This document shows, piece by piece, positions 29,944 to 36,364 of a stretch of DNA of 64,000 nt. Source of the stretch: a virus. Both the position numbers and the translations under genes were made by a program. The number at the start of each line of letters is the position of its first letter. Positions within the stretch are counted from its first letter, which is position 1. The stretch is from the IMG/VR virus record IMGVR_UViG_3300042453_001086, positions 96,001 to 160,000 of that record, one strand, 5' to 3'. The notes under the pieces were generated by a model, which was not told where the DNA came from, ran no database searches, and worked only from the letters and a program-made list of their open reading frames with translations.

Positions 29944-30380
29944 CAACAGTCTTCACTACGAACGTCAAAGAAGATAAACAAACTAACGCTCTTCTTGCGA
30001 CATTCACGAGGAATAGCACCAGGAGTATTAATCACAGTCGGTGGAACGACCACAGGAGCGCCGCTGGCACCCTGAAAGAACGAGGGGGGTTGATATTGTA
30101 CAGTACTCTGATATTGTGCAACTTTCTGTTCTTTTTTGTATACACCAATCGAAGACTGCTCAATCCAACTCAGACTAGTCGCTTTACCTGCAGATACTTC
30201 GGCATTATAAAGATTACGAAGATATCCTTCACCAGGAGAGATTTTGTATGTACCACCGTTCTTATCGGTGACTACACCTCCTCTCGGTCTGGAGGCTACT
30301 TCGTATCCAGGATAGAGACCTGCAGCAAAACTTGCAGATGGCAGAAGCGCCAAACTCAAAAGTACTGGGAGTGTTTTCAT
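29943..30380 (-). CDS. Putative exported protein
   Basis: Signal-peptide-like MKTLPVLLSLALLPSASFA; own sigma70-type promoter. Confidence 0.7.
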   Translation of the reverse strand: MKTLPVLLSLALLPSASFAAGLYPGYEVASRPRGGVVTDKNGGTYKISPGEGYLRNLYNAEVSAGKATSLSWIEQSSIGVYKKEQKVAQYQSTVQYQPPSFFQGASGAPVVVPPTVINTPGAIPRECRKKSVSLFIFFDVRSEDC

Positions 30381-30382
30381 GA

Positions 30383-30535
30383 TTAAATCGGGTTGTCGTT
30401 TTCTGGTTGAATCTTAGCACGGGACGTGCGGGTTGTCAAGATCTTAACGAGTTCTTTCAAAGTCATCCAAATGTATGAGAGTTCCTCTGCTTTTGTCGTT
30501 TGAGTCGTTAGAGTCCTGTGAGGTTTTTTGAGCAT
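30383..30535 (-). CDS. Hypothetical protein (50 aa, not in track)
   Basis: MLKKPHRTLTTQTTKAEELSYIWMTLKELVKIL...; stops 2 nt before the next start. Confidence 0.5.
   Translation of the reverse strand: MLKKPHRTLTTQTTKAEELSYIWMTLKELVKILTTRTSRAKIQPENDNPI
30411..30439 (-). promoter_or_regulatory. Sigma70-type promoter TTGACA-17-TAAGAT
   Basis: Near-consensus hexamers, 17-nt spacer. Confidence 0.75.
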
Positions 30536-30631
30536 TTTTGTTGGAGAAAAAATTTTAAAATGAAAGCGTAATCACTCTCGCGTTTTCAAAGTTTTGTAGG
30601 TTTATAGTATCTATGGGTTTTCGCTCGGCCG

Positions 30632-30648
30632 CGCCCGTCGCACGGGCG
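30632..30648 (-). terminator. GC hairpin closing the early island
   Basis: CGCCCGT-cgc-ACGGGCG downstream of hicA at the GC/AT boundary; no clear U tract. Confidence 0.4.
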
Positions 30649-30679
30649 TCGCACCGTTGGACTGTCCTCAGGTGCGACT

Positions 30680-30927
30680 GTGCTAGGATGGTGGGTCATG
30701 CAGTCGCCGCGGCCAGTGCCTTGCGAACCACGGCGGACATGCCAGGGCTGATGGTGCTGCGCCCCTTGCTGCCATGGGTCGGCAAGATCACATCAGTCTG
30801 CCAGGCGGGGTGATTCCAGATCTGATGCGATGCTGTCGTGCGCTTGAGCACAGCGCCGCTCGCTCTCAGATCTCGCTCTGCTTGCTTCCACTTGAGGGGT
30901 GATGGCATGGTGCTAGGATGATGGGTC
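30680..30927. repeat. 18-bp direct repeats flanking hicA
   Basis: GTGCTAGGATG(G/A)TGGGTC at 30680-30697 and 30910-30927, one mismatch. Confidence 0.8.
30696..30908 (-). CDS. hicA: HicA-family mRNA interferase (solo, 70 aa)
   Basis: LKRTTASHQIWNHP..VILPTH..TISPGM..VRK matches the HicA dsRBD-fold pattern; start reassigned to MPSPLK. Confidence 0.75.
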   Translation of the reverse strand: MPSPLKWKQAERDLRASGAVLKRTTASHQIWNHPAWQTDVILPTHGSKGRSTISPGMSAVVRKALAAATA

Positions 30928-30960
30928 GTCTGCAGGGGGTGCCCCCGTAGGGGGGGGGGG

Positions 30961-31158
30961 TCAGTGCTCAAACGTGGGGATCTTGGCGATTGCCTCATCA
31001 TGATGGGTCTCGGCGTACTGGGCGGCGAGCACAGAGGCGGGCAGTCCCCAGTGGATGAACTGAGAGGGGCGGCTGCCGTTCTTCAGTTGATCCGCCCTGC
31101 TGATCCATTTGATCTGGCGGGTCTCAAGGTCAGAGCACTGGGCGAGGGGGAAGCGCAT
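30961..31158 (-). CDS. Early-island hypothetical protein
   Basis: Preceded by a cassette promoter. Confidence 0.7.
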   Translation of the reverse strand: MRFPLAQCSDLETRQIKWISRADQLKNGSRPSQFIHWGLPASVLAAQYAETHHDEAIAKIPTFEH

Positions 31159-31204
31159 GGTAGGGGGGGGGTGTTGATTGATCTTAGTCTACAGGGTCAG
31201 CGCC

Positions 31205-31357
31205 TCAGCGCCCATCCCAGCAGACAGTCGCCCAACCGTCCCGCTCCATACGGCGGCGGTCGAAGTCGTCGGCATCCCAGCGGTCGTCGAAGTCCATGTC
31301 GAAGATCTCGCCAGGGGCGTCTTGAATCTCGGTGAAGCAGGTGTCGAAGTCGGTCAT
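31205..31357 (-). CDS. Small Asp-rich protein (50 aa, not in track)
   Basis: MTDFDTCFTEIQDAPGEIFDMDFDDRWDADDFDRRRMERDGWATVCWDGR after a cassette promoter. Confidence 0.65.
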   Translation of the reverse strand: MTDFDTCFTEIQDAPGEIFDMDFDDRWDADDFDRRRMERDGWATVCWDGR

Positions 31358-31400
31358 GGGTCGTTTCGTTTGATTGATCTTAGTCTACAGGGTCAGGGGG

Positions 31401-31550
31401 TCAGCGGCAGTCAGTCTCGGACACTTGGCACATTGTCACAGCGAGGCGGTCGGCGTGTGCCTTGGTGATCTGCAGACCAGCAGAGAGGGCGTTGCCACCA
31501 ACCCAGAGGCAGAGGGCGAGAGTGCCGAGGGGGAAGATCAGGCGGGTCAT
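31401..31550 (-). CDS. Small membrane/exported protein (49 aa, not in track)
   Basis: MTRLIFPLGTLALCLWVGGNAL... after a cassette promoter. Confidence 0.65.
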   Translation of the reverse strand: MTRLIFPLGTLALCLWVGGNALSAGLQITKAHADRLAVTMCQVSETDCR

Positions 31551-31627
31551 GGTCGGTTCGTTTCGATGCTGTTAGTCTACAGGGTCAGGGGTGGCGTTGA
31601 CGGTCGCCGCGGCCACCCTGCTGACTG

Positions 31628-31819
31628 TCACATCACATAGAGACCGTGGGCAGCATAGAGAGCGGGATAGTTGGTGCGCCAGTTGGCGAGGCGAGCCACC
31701 AGGGTCTCATCATCGGCACGGTGGTGAAGATCGATCAACCACTGGGGGGTGCTACCATGCTCTGCCTTGAACATGGCGAGCAGGGAAGCGATGGCACGGA
31801 TGCGAGCGGTAGCGGTCAT
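31628..31819 (-). CDS. Early-island hypothetical protein
   Basis: Cassette promoter and AAACGAAACGACCC leader upstream. Confidence 0.7.
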   Translation of the reverse strand: MTATARIRAIASLLAMFKAEHGSTPQWLIDLHHRADDETLVARLANWRTNYPALYAAHGLYVM

Positions 31820-31860
31820 GGGTCGTTTCGTTTGGTTGATGCTGTTAGTCTACAGGGTGC

Positions 31861-32055
31861 TCAGTTGCACCAGGCGGCAAGGTGTGCCACTTCGCCAGCC
31901 GTCTCCTCTAAGGTCGCCTCGGTCAGACCAGCCAGGCAGGCTTCCAGATCATCGGGGTCGATGCGGTCGATGTCACCATTGATCTCCCATGCCTGTGCCT
32001 CAGCGAGGGCGAGGCAGCGATCACGAAGCGAGAGGGTGAAGGTTTTGTTTTTCAT
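31861..32055 (-). CDS. Early-island hypothetical protein (probably leaderless)
   Basis: ATG 6 nt after TAGACT. Confidence 0.7.
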   Translation of the reverse strand: MKNKTFTLSLRDRCLALAEAQAWEINGDIDRIDPDDLEACLAGLTEATLEETAGEVAHLAAWCN

Positions 32056-32064
32056 GCTGTTAGT

Positions 32065-32289
32065 CTACAGGCAGACGGTCTCGTGGCGCTGCAGGCAGTG
32101 ACAGTTCACCCACTGTCCCAGCGAGCGGTCGCTGTTCCACATCAGCGACAGGATGGCACGACGGGACGCCTTGAGGCGATAGCGCACCCCATAGTAGCGT
32201 TGGAAGGTCACCCGAACAGTGCCCGTGATAGGATTGACGCTCATCTCATCGATAGCGGTGCTGCCGAAGGTGTTGATGGGGTAGCGCAT
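32065..32289 (-). CDS. KTSC-like small protein
   Basis: STAIDEMSVNP..VRVTF..RY..SLGQWVN pattern resembles the KTSC fold. Confidence 0.55.
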   Translation of the reverse strand: MRYPINTFGSTAIDEMSVNPITGTVRVTFQRYYGVRYRLKASRRAILSLMWNSDRSLGQWVNCHCLQRHETVCL

Positions 32290-32370
32290 TGCTTGTCTGT
32301 GGTTGATGCTGTTAGTCTACAGGGTCGGGATGGGGGATCGGGGGCAGCGTGTGCCACCCCCTCAACTGTC

Positions 32371-32799
32371 CTAGTAGTCGCTGAAGATGTAGACGTTACG
32401 GTAACCCTTCTCACAGGCAGTGAAATCGTAACGCAGGGAAGAATCGTAAGTTGCCTCCCAATCTACAACCAAAGCAGAGGGCACATCGTACAGTTCATCA
32501 TAATACTGCTCAGCGAAGTCTGCAGTCGAATCGTAGTTGCCACGGTAGCGTTCTTCGCAACCCTCAACATAGCAAACGTCGCCCATCTCTTCGATCAGGG
32601 CATCAACGGCATCGTAACCGATTGCCTCACCAGCGGTGCAATAGTCTTCATAATGTGCAACGAAATCGCTCTCGTTGTGGTTGTCGATGAACTCCAGCAT
32701 GTCATCCAGAGCATAGTTCTCATCGAGCAATTCGTCGATCTTCTCAACAGTAGCAGCAGCGAGAACTTCTTTGTAGTTGGCAGTCAAGGTGACGGACAT
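32371..32799 (-). CDS. ardA: ArdA-like antirestriction (DNA-mimic) protein
   Basis: Very acidic; C-terminal YRGNYDSTADFAEQYYDELYDVPSALVVDWEA matches the ArdA pattern. Confidence 0.7.
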   Translation of the reverse strand: MSVTLTANYKEVLAAATVEKIDELLDENYALDDMLEFIDNHNESDFVAHYEDYCTAGEAIGYDAVDALIEEMGDVCYVEGCEERYRGNYDSTADFAEQYYDELYDVPSALVVDWEATYDSSLRYDFTACEKGYRNVYIFSDY

Positions 32800-32878
32800 T
32801 TGCTTTGTTTGGTTGATGGAATCAGTCTACAGGGTCAGGGTGGGGTCTGTGGCGACCCCTGTGCCACTTGTCAGAGTG

Positions 32879-33043
32879 TCACATGCCGTTCATGAAATCG
32901 GCAAGGGCTTCGAGATACTGGGCTTTGGTCTCAAAGGTCCGACCGTAGATAGTACGGGGGTACTCTGCCTCAGGGGCGGGAGCGTTGCTGGGCTCCTTGC
33001 CCTGGGAGAGGATCTGTTGCACGTAGGGGTTGTTTTTGTTCAT
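32879..33043 (-). CDS. Hypothetical protein (54 aa, probably leaderless, not in track)
   Basis: MNKNNPYVQQILSQGKEPSNAP...; ATG 6 nt after TAGACT. Confidence 0.7.
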   Translation of the reverse strand: MNKNNPYVQQILSQGKEPSNAPAPEAEYPRTIYGRTFETKAQYLEALADFMNGM

Positions 33044-33105
33044 GCTGTTAGTCTACAGGGTCAGGGGTCAGGGTGCGAGGCGGTGTGTGCCACCTTGCCA
33101 ACTGG

Positions 33106-33342
33106 TCAGGGCAGCATCGCCAGACGCTCAGCGAGTCGCGCCTTCGCTTGGATCTCCTCAAGTGCAGGGATCTGTTCAATCCAGCGCATCTCACACTTAG
33201 AGTAATCGTAACCCTGAGATTCCAATTCTTTCATGTATGCCACAGCAGCGGAGTGATAATCGAACAGGCGCAGGGAATCGAAATCCTCACCTTCATAATC
33301 CCATCCGCCGATGACAGCGTAGGCGCGGGGAGTGTCGGTCAT
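33106..33342 (-). CDS. Early-island hypothetical protein
   Basis: YAVIGGWDYEGEDFDSLRLFD; cassette promoter upstream. Confidence 0.72.
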   Translation of the reverse strand: MTDTPRAYAVIGGWDYEGEDFDSLRLFDYHSAAVAYMKELESQGYDYSKCEMRWIEQIPALEEIQAKARLAERLAMLP

Positions 33343-33409
33343 GTCGTTTCGTTTGAACTGAGATCAGTATAGGGTGGAGAGGGGGCCGCGGCGACCCCCA
33401 GTGGACAGT

Positions 33410-33598
33410 TCAGAGATTGCCCATCAGAGCGGATGCTACGATCTCGCCAGCACCTGCCAGGTCATCCCGAACGATCAGGCGGAGCATCTCAGCACCCTCG
33501 GTGGACTGGTGGAGCATACGGACGTGCCCATCAGCAGCGTTTGGGCAGTTGCCGTGAACGATGGCGATAGCGAGGGCGGTTGCTTCGGTCTTGGTCAT
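33410..33598 (-). CDS. Early-island hypothetical protein
   Basis: Cassette promoter upstream. Confidence 0.65.
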   Translation of the reverse strand: MTKTEATALAIAIVHGNCPNAADGHVRMLHQSTEGAEMLRLIVRDDLAGAGEIVASALMGNL

Positions 33599-33695
33599 GT
33601 GGTTGTCTGAACTGAGATCAGTCTACAGGCAGGGGGTGGCCGCGGCGGGTGCTAGTGTGCCACCTTGGGTACTGGCCGCGGCCACCTAGACAAAC

Positions 33696-33722
33696 GCCCC
33701 CTAGGCGATTAACCTAGAGGGC
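33696..33722. terminator. Possible intrinsic terminator hairpin
   Basis: GCCCCCTAGG-cgattaa-CCTAGAGGGC downstream of the endonuclease gene. Confidence 0.4.
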
Positions 33723-33794
33723 GGGAGGGGAGGGAAGCACAGGCAGACAGCGAGTAGTATGGGTGAACTACTCGCGGCCGCCGAGTTTGTGTTA

Positions 33795-34331
33795 CTAACC
33801 CTCGATGATGTTAGTGATAGTTTCGATCATAATGTCGCTCATCTCGTCAACACTGAAACCGTCAACTTTACAATGCAGGTTGTTAACGCCCACCTGAACT
33901 TCACCCATCACACCAAACAGTCCCTGGTGTGCAATGTGCAAGATACGATGAATCGGATTGCCAGCAGTTACACCAGTGCCAGATGCAAACGTAACGTAAG
34001 TTGCAGTGGGATTGATAGCACGAACGATGAAATTGTTTTTGTACCAGCGTTCGATTGCGTTGCCTTTATCGTTTTGTTTCTTACTCTCAAAGCAGGCAAT
34101 CAGTTCACCTTTGTAGAACCAAACCCCACCATCAGGGGCACACGATCCGATGCCACCAGGGATCTGAGATTGATCGAGTTTGGATTGTACAATCAGATCA
34201 GGATAGGTGCTGCTGAGAATGTTTGCCACATGAAACATTGCCGATTTGGCGTTATCATCCATCGCCTTAGACTGCTCATCAAATGCAGTCGTGCCAGGTT
34301 GAATGCCGCCTTTGAATGTAGTGTGGTGCAT
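33795..34331 (-). CDS. EcoRI/MunI-fold type II restriction endonuclease-like protein (178 aa)
   Basis: PDGG...ESKKQ..GNAIERWYKN...TYVTFASG mirrors EcoRI PDGG...EAKHQ..GNAIERSHKN...PYVLFLEG; start reassigned to MHHTTF after the cassette promoter. Confidence 0.8.
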   Translation of the reverse strand: MHHTTFKGGIQPGTTAFDEQSKAMDDNAKSAMFHVANILSSTYPDLIVQSKLDQSQIPGGIGSCAPDGGVWFYKGELIACFESKKQNDKGNAIERWYKNNFIVRAINPTATYVTFASGTGVTAGNPIHRILHIAHQGLFGVMGEVQVGVNNLHCKVDGFSVDEMSDIMIETITNIIEG

Positions 34332-34400
34332 GTGATTTGTTTGATCTGAGAGTAATGTATCAGGGGTGGGGGAGCATTGCAACCCCCCTTGTGCCACTTC

Positions 34401-34586
34401 CTAAACTGTCACATCCTCCAGCAGTTCAGGATAGTATTGTGCTACCTCTTCATTTAGCTCTTCATCATTATACTTATCGTATCCCTCCATGAGATAATCG
34501 TAGCACAAACATGTCATGGTCTTAAGATCCATGTCATCCAACATTTGCTGGACAAGTTGATCCTGAAGAGTTTTGCGATCCATCAT
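34401..34586 (-). CDS. Hypothetical acidic protein
   Basis: ATGA-coupled to the upstream gene. Confidence 0.7.
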   Translation of the reverse strand: MMDRKTLQDQLVQQMLDDMDLKTMTCLCYDYLMEGYDKYNDEELNEEVAQYYPELLEDVTV

Positions 34587-34708
34587 TTGCGAAGGGGAGA
34601 GTTGTAGTAGGAACGAAACACCGAAATCACAATGATAGCGGTGGAGATGACACCAACCAAACCGAGGTAGGTTACAGCGTCACCAGTGAAAGTGTAGGAA
34701 TCAGGCAT
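34583..34708 (-). CDS. Small single-pass membrane protein (41 aa, not in track)
   Basis: MPDSYTFTGDAVTYLGLVGVISTAIIVISVFRSYYNSPLRK; coupled at both ends. Confidence 0.65.
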   Translation of the reverse strand: MPDSYTFTGDAVTYLGLVGVISTAIIVISVFRSYYNSPLRK

Positions 34709-34844
34709 CATCACGCATCTCAGTTAGGATTTCATGTAGCAGTTCAACATCGGTGCCCATCAGTTCACTCACCTCATCCCAATCATCATGGAACTCGATG
34801 AGAGAAATCAGACAATCAATTTGCTCGAAAGTGAGAGTTTGCAT
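34701..34844 (-). CDS. Small acidic protein
   Basis: Start reassigned to MQTLTFEQ. Confidence 0.65.
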   Translation of the reverse strand: MQTLTFEQIDCLISLIEFHDDWDEVSELMGTDVELLHEILTEMRDDA

Positions 34845-34851
34845 GTCAGAT

Positions 34852-35013
34852 TCAGGCAGCGACGACATCAGCAGGGGTGAGATCAATGTATGCTTCAACG
34901 CCAGCAATGTGCATAGATTGAACCATAATCCATGCCAGATTCTCGGGCACTTGAATCATACGCTCTTTACCATCTTTGGCGTCAGTGTAATACAAATCGC
35001 GGGTGTCAGTCAT
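34852..35013 (-). CDS. Hypothetical protein
   Basis: Start reassigned to MTDTRDLY after a cassette promoter. Confidence 0.65.
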   Translation of the reverse strand: MTDTRDLYYTDAKDGKERMIQVPENLAWIMVQSMHIAGVEAYIDLTPADVVAA

Positions 35014-35115
35014 TTGCTTTGTTTGTTTGACTCTGTTAGTATTGCACCAAATCAGGGGCAATGGGAGAACACTGTGCCAGTTCTCAAAGTGGCACAGGGT
35101 CACTTGACATCGATA

Positions 35116-35280
35116 TCAGAATGCGATAGCTTCAAGGGTAGGTACATTCTGATCAAGAATCGGCATGTAGTTAGTGTCACTTTCGACCACAACATCGTCG
35201 GTCAAAGTGTCAAGAACTGCCAGCAGTTCGCTACCATTAGCGGCACGATTGAGCAGGGAAAGCATCACAGTTTTGGTCAT
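35116..35280 (-). CDS. Hypothetical protein (54 aa, not in track)
   Basis: MTKTVMLSLLNRAANGSELLAVLDTL... Confidence 0.65.
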   Translation of the reverse strand: MTKTVMLSLLNRAANGSELLAVLDTLTDDVVVESDTNYMPILDQNVPTLEAIAF

Positions 35281-35314
35281 GATTAGAGTGTGGTAGGGTA
35301 TACTTAGGAGTTAG

Positions 35315-35615
35315 TATTGAATATGATTAGATATCATATTCAATATTCATTACATCTTCGATAACATAATCATCGATGATATAAGCATCTTCATCTAGGA
35401 AGATATCAGCCATTTCTTGTTCAACGATTTCAGTATACATTTCAGAAACAGTCATTAGTTAACTCCTTTGATTGTTAGTAGTTATAACTTTAATTTATAT
35501 CTTAAAGTTATAAATGTTAAACTTTTTAAACTTTTGAGGTTTCTAAGTTTTTCAAGTTTTCAAAGTTTTCATGTTTTCTGAAACTCTACAAAACTTGAAA
35601 AACTTAGAAACCTCA
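35315..35615. repeat. Three perfect inverted repeats (13, 12 and 26 bp arms)
   Basis: 35315-35327/35333-35345; 35482-35493/35502-35513; 35535-35560/35590-35615. Confidence 0.9.
35327..35455 (-). CDS. Very acidic peptide (42 aa, not in track)
   Basis: MTVSEMYTEIVEQEMADIFLDEDAYIIDDYVIEDVMNIEYDI. Confidence 0.55.
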   Translation of the reverse strand: MTVSEMYTEIVEQEMADIFLDEDAYIIDDYVIEDVMNIEYDI

Positions 35616-35622
35616 GGAATCT

Positions 35623-35937
35623 TCAGTTCAGGCGCATTCCAGAAAAGAAAGGAATCGCGCCACCTTCCTGATTCACAAACCACTGAAACTTGTGCTGAAA
35701 CACACTCTCACCAGGCACACCATGCTCACGCAGGATAGCATTCAGGCGAGACTTGGTGGTGTTAGTTTGCCAACCACCATCAAAGAGAGTAACAAAGCAC
35801 TCGCCAATCTCAGCGATCTTGTTACCATGCAGGAACACTTCGCTCACACCATCGTTAGTAACAACTTTGGTGTTGTCTTTCTGCCAGTTGGTGCCAGCGG
35901 TGATGGCGGCGTTCATTTGGCGTTCGATGAGGCGCAT
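35623..35937 (-). CDS. Conserved phage hypothetical protein
   Basis: VFLHGNKIAEI..DGGWQTNTTKSRLNAIL. Confidence 0.78.
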   Translation of the reverse strand: MRLIERQMNAAITAGTNWQKDNTKVVTNDGVSEVFLHGNKIAEIGECFVTLFDGGWQTNTTKSRLNAILREHGVPGESVFQHKFQWFVNQEGGAIPFFSGMRLN

Positions 35938-35961
35938 GGGTCGTTTGCTGTTGACTTAGGT

Positions 35962-35990
35962 AGTATGGACGATATCAGGGGGAATGTCAA
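35962..35990 (-). promoter_or_regulatory. Sigma70-type promoter TTGACA-17-CATACT
   Basis: 17-nt spacer; -35 sits in the loop of a CAGGGGG/CCCCCTG hairpin. Confidence 0.7.
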
Positions 35991-36015
35991 CCCCCTGAGT
36001 GATTAGTGTTGCTTA

Positions 36016-36186
36016 TCAGACGGTGGCAGGTGCCAAAGAAACTTCAATACGTCTCAGGTTCAGCCCAGCCAGTTGCGAGTTTACACGCTTGCTGATAAAC
36101 TCAGTCGGTTCTTTGAGGCGAGAGACTTCATACCAGATAGTACGGCAACCGTCCCAAGTCTCAACCTGAATCCGAACAGTTTTCAT
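36016..36186 (-). CDS. Hypothetical protein
   Basis: Start reassigned to MKTVRIQV, downstream of the promoter. Confidence 0.65.
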   Translation of the reverse strand: MKTVRIQVETWDGCRTIWYEVSRLKEPTEFISKRVNSQLAGLNLRRIEVSLAPATV

Positions 36187-36209
36187 GGGGAATTCCCGAC
36201 GACTCATGT

Positions 36210-36238
36210 AGTATGGATCAGATCGGGGCAAAAGTCAA
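36210..36238 (-). promoter_or_regulatory. Sigma70-type promoter TTGACT-17-CATACT
   Basis: 17-nt spacer. Confidence 0.65.
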
Positions 36239-36291
36239 CCCCCCTAACCATTACCCTTGCTTATGAGTCTGATTAGGGGGGCTTATGAGAG

Positions 36292-36355
36292 TTTTCCACA
36301 ACCCTGTGGAAAACTATTGAGAGTTTTCCACAGGTTTTAGTATATCTGTGGAAAA
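36292..36355. promoter_or_regulatory. Cluster of four DnaA-box-like 9-mers TTTTCCACA in two inverted pairs
   Basis: 36292-36300 (+), 36305-36313 (-), 36324-36332 (+), 36347-36355 (-); intergenic. Confidence 0.7.
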
Positions 36356-36364
36356 CTATTTACT

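Larger units (their letters stand above)
31174..35096 (-). promoter_or_regulatory. Array of 12 repeated cassette promoters (pseudo-palindrome TGTGCCAC-N8-GTGGCACA, 28-30 bp spacer, -10 TAGACT-type)
   Basis: -10 hexamers start at plus-strand 31186, 31382, 31574, 31847, 32062, 32314, 32824, 33050, 33366, 33620, 34354, 35038; each is followed by one ORF; shared CCCTGTAGACTAA(CAGC/GATC)AT core in most copies. Confidence 0.8.

Noticed and set aside
30600-33800. Host DNA or chimeric contig as the cause of the GC island
   Set aside because: Same strand and phage-type genes, and the same promoter cassette recurs at 44 kb outside the island; read coverage would settle it
31174-35096. CRISPR array
   Set aside because: Repeats are degenerate, the intervals are about 190-700 bp and each holds an ORF, no cas genes are present, and the geometry fits promoters
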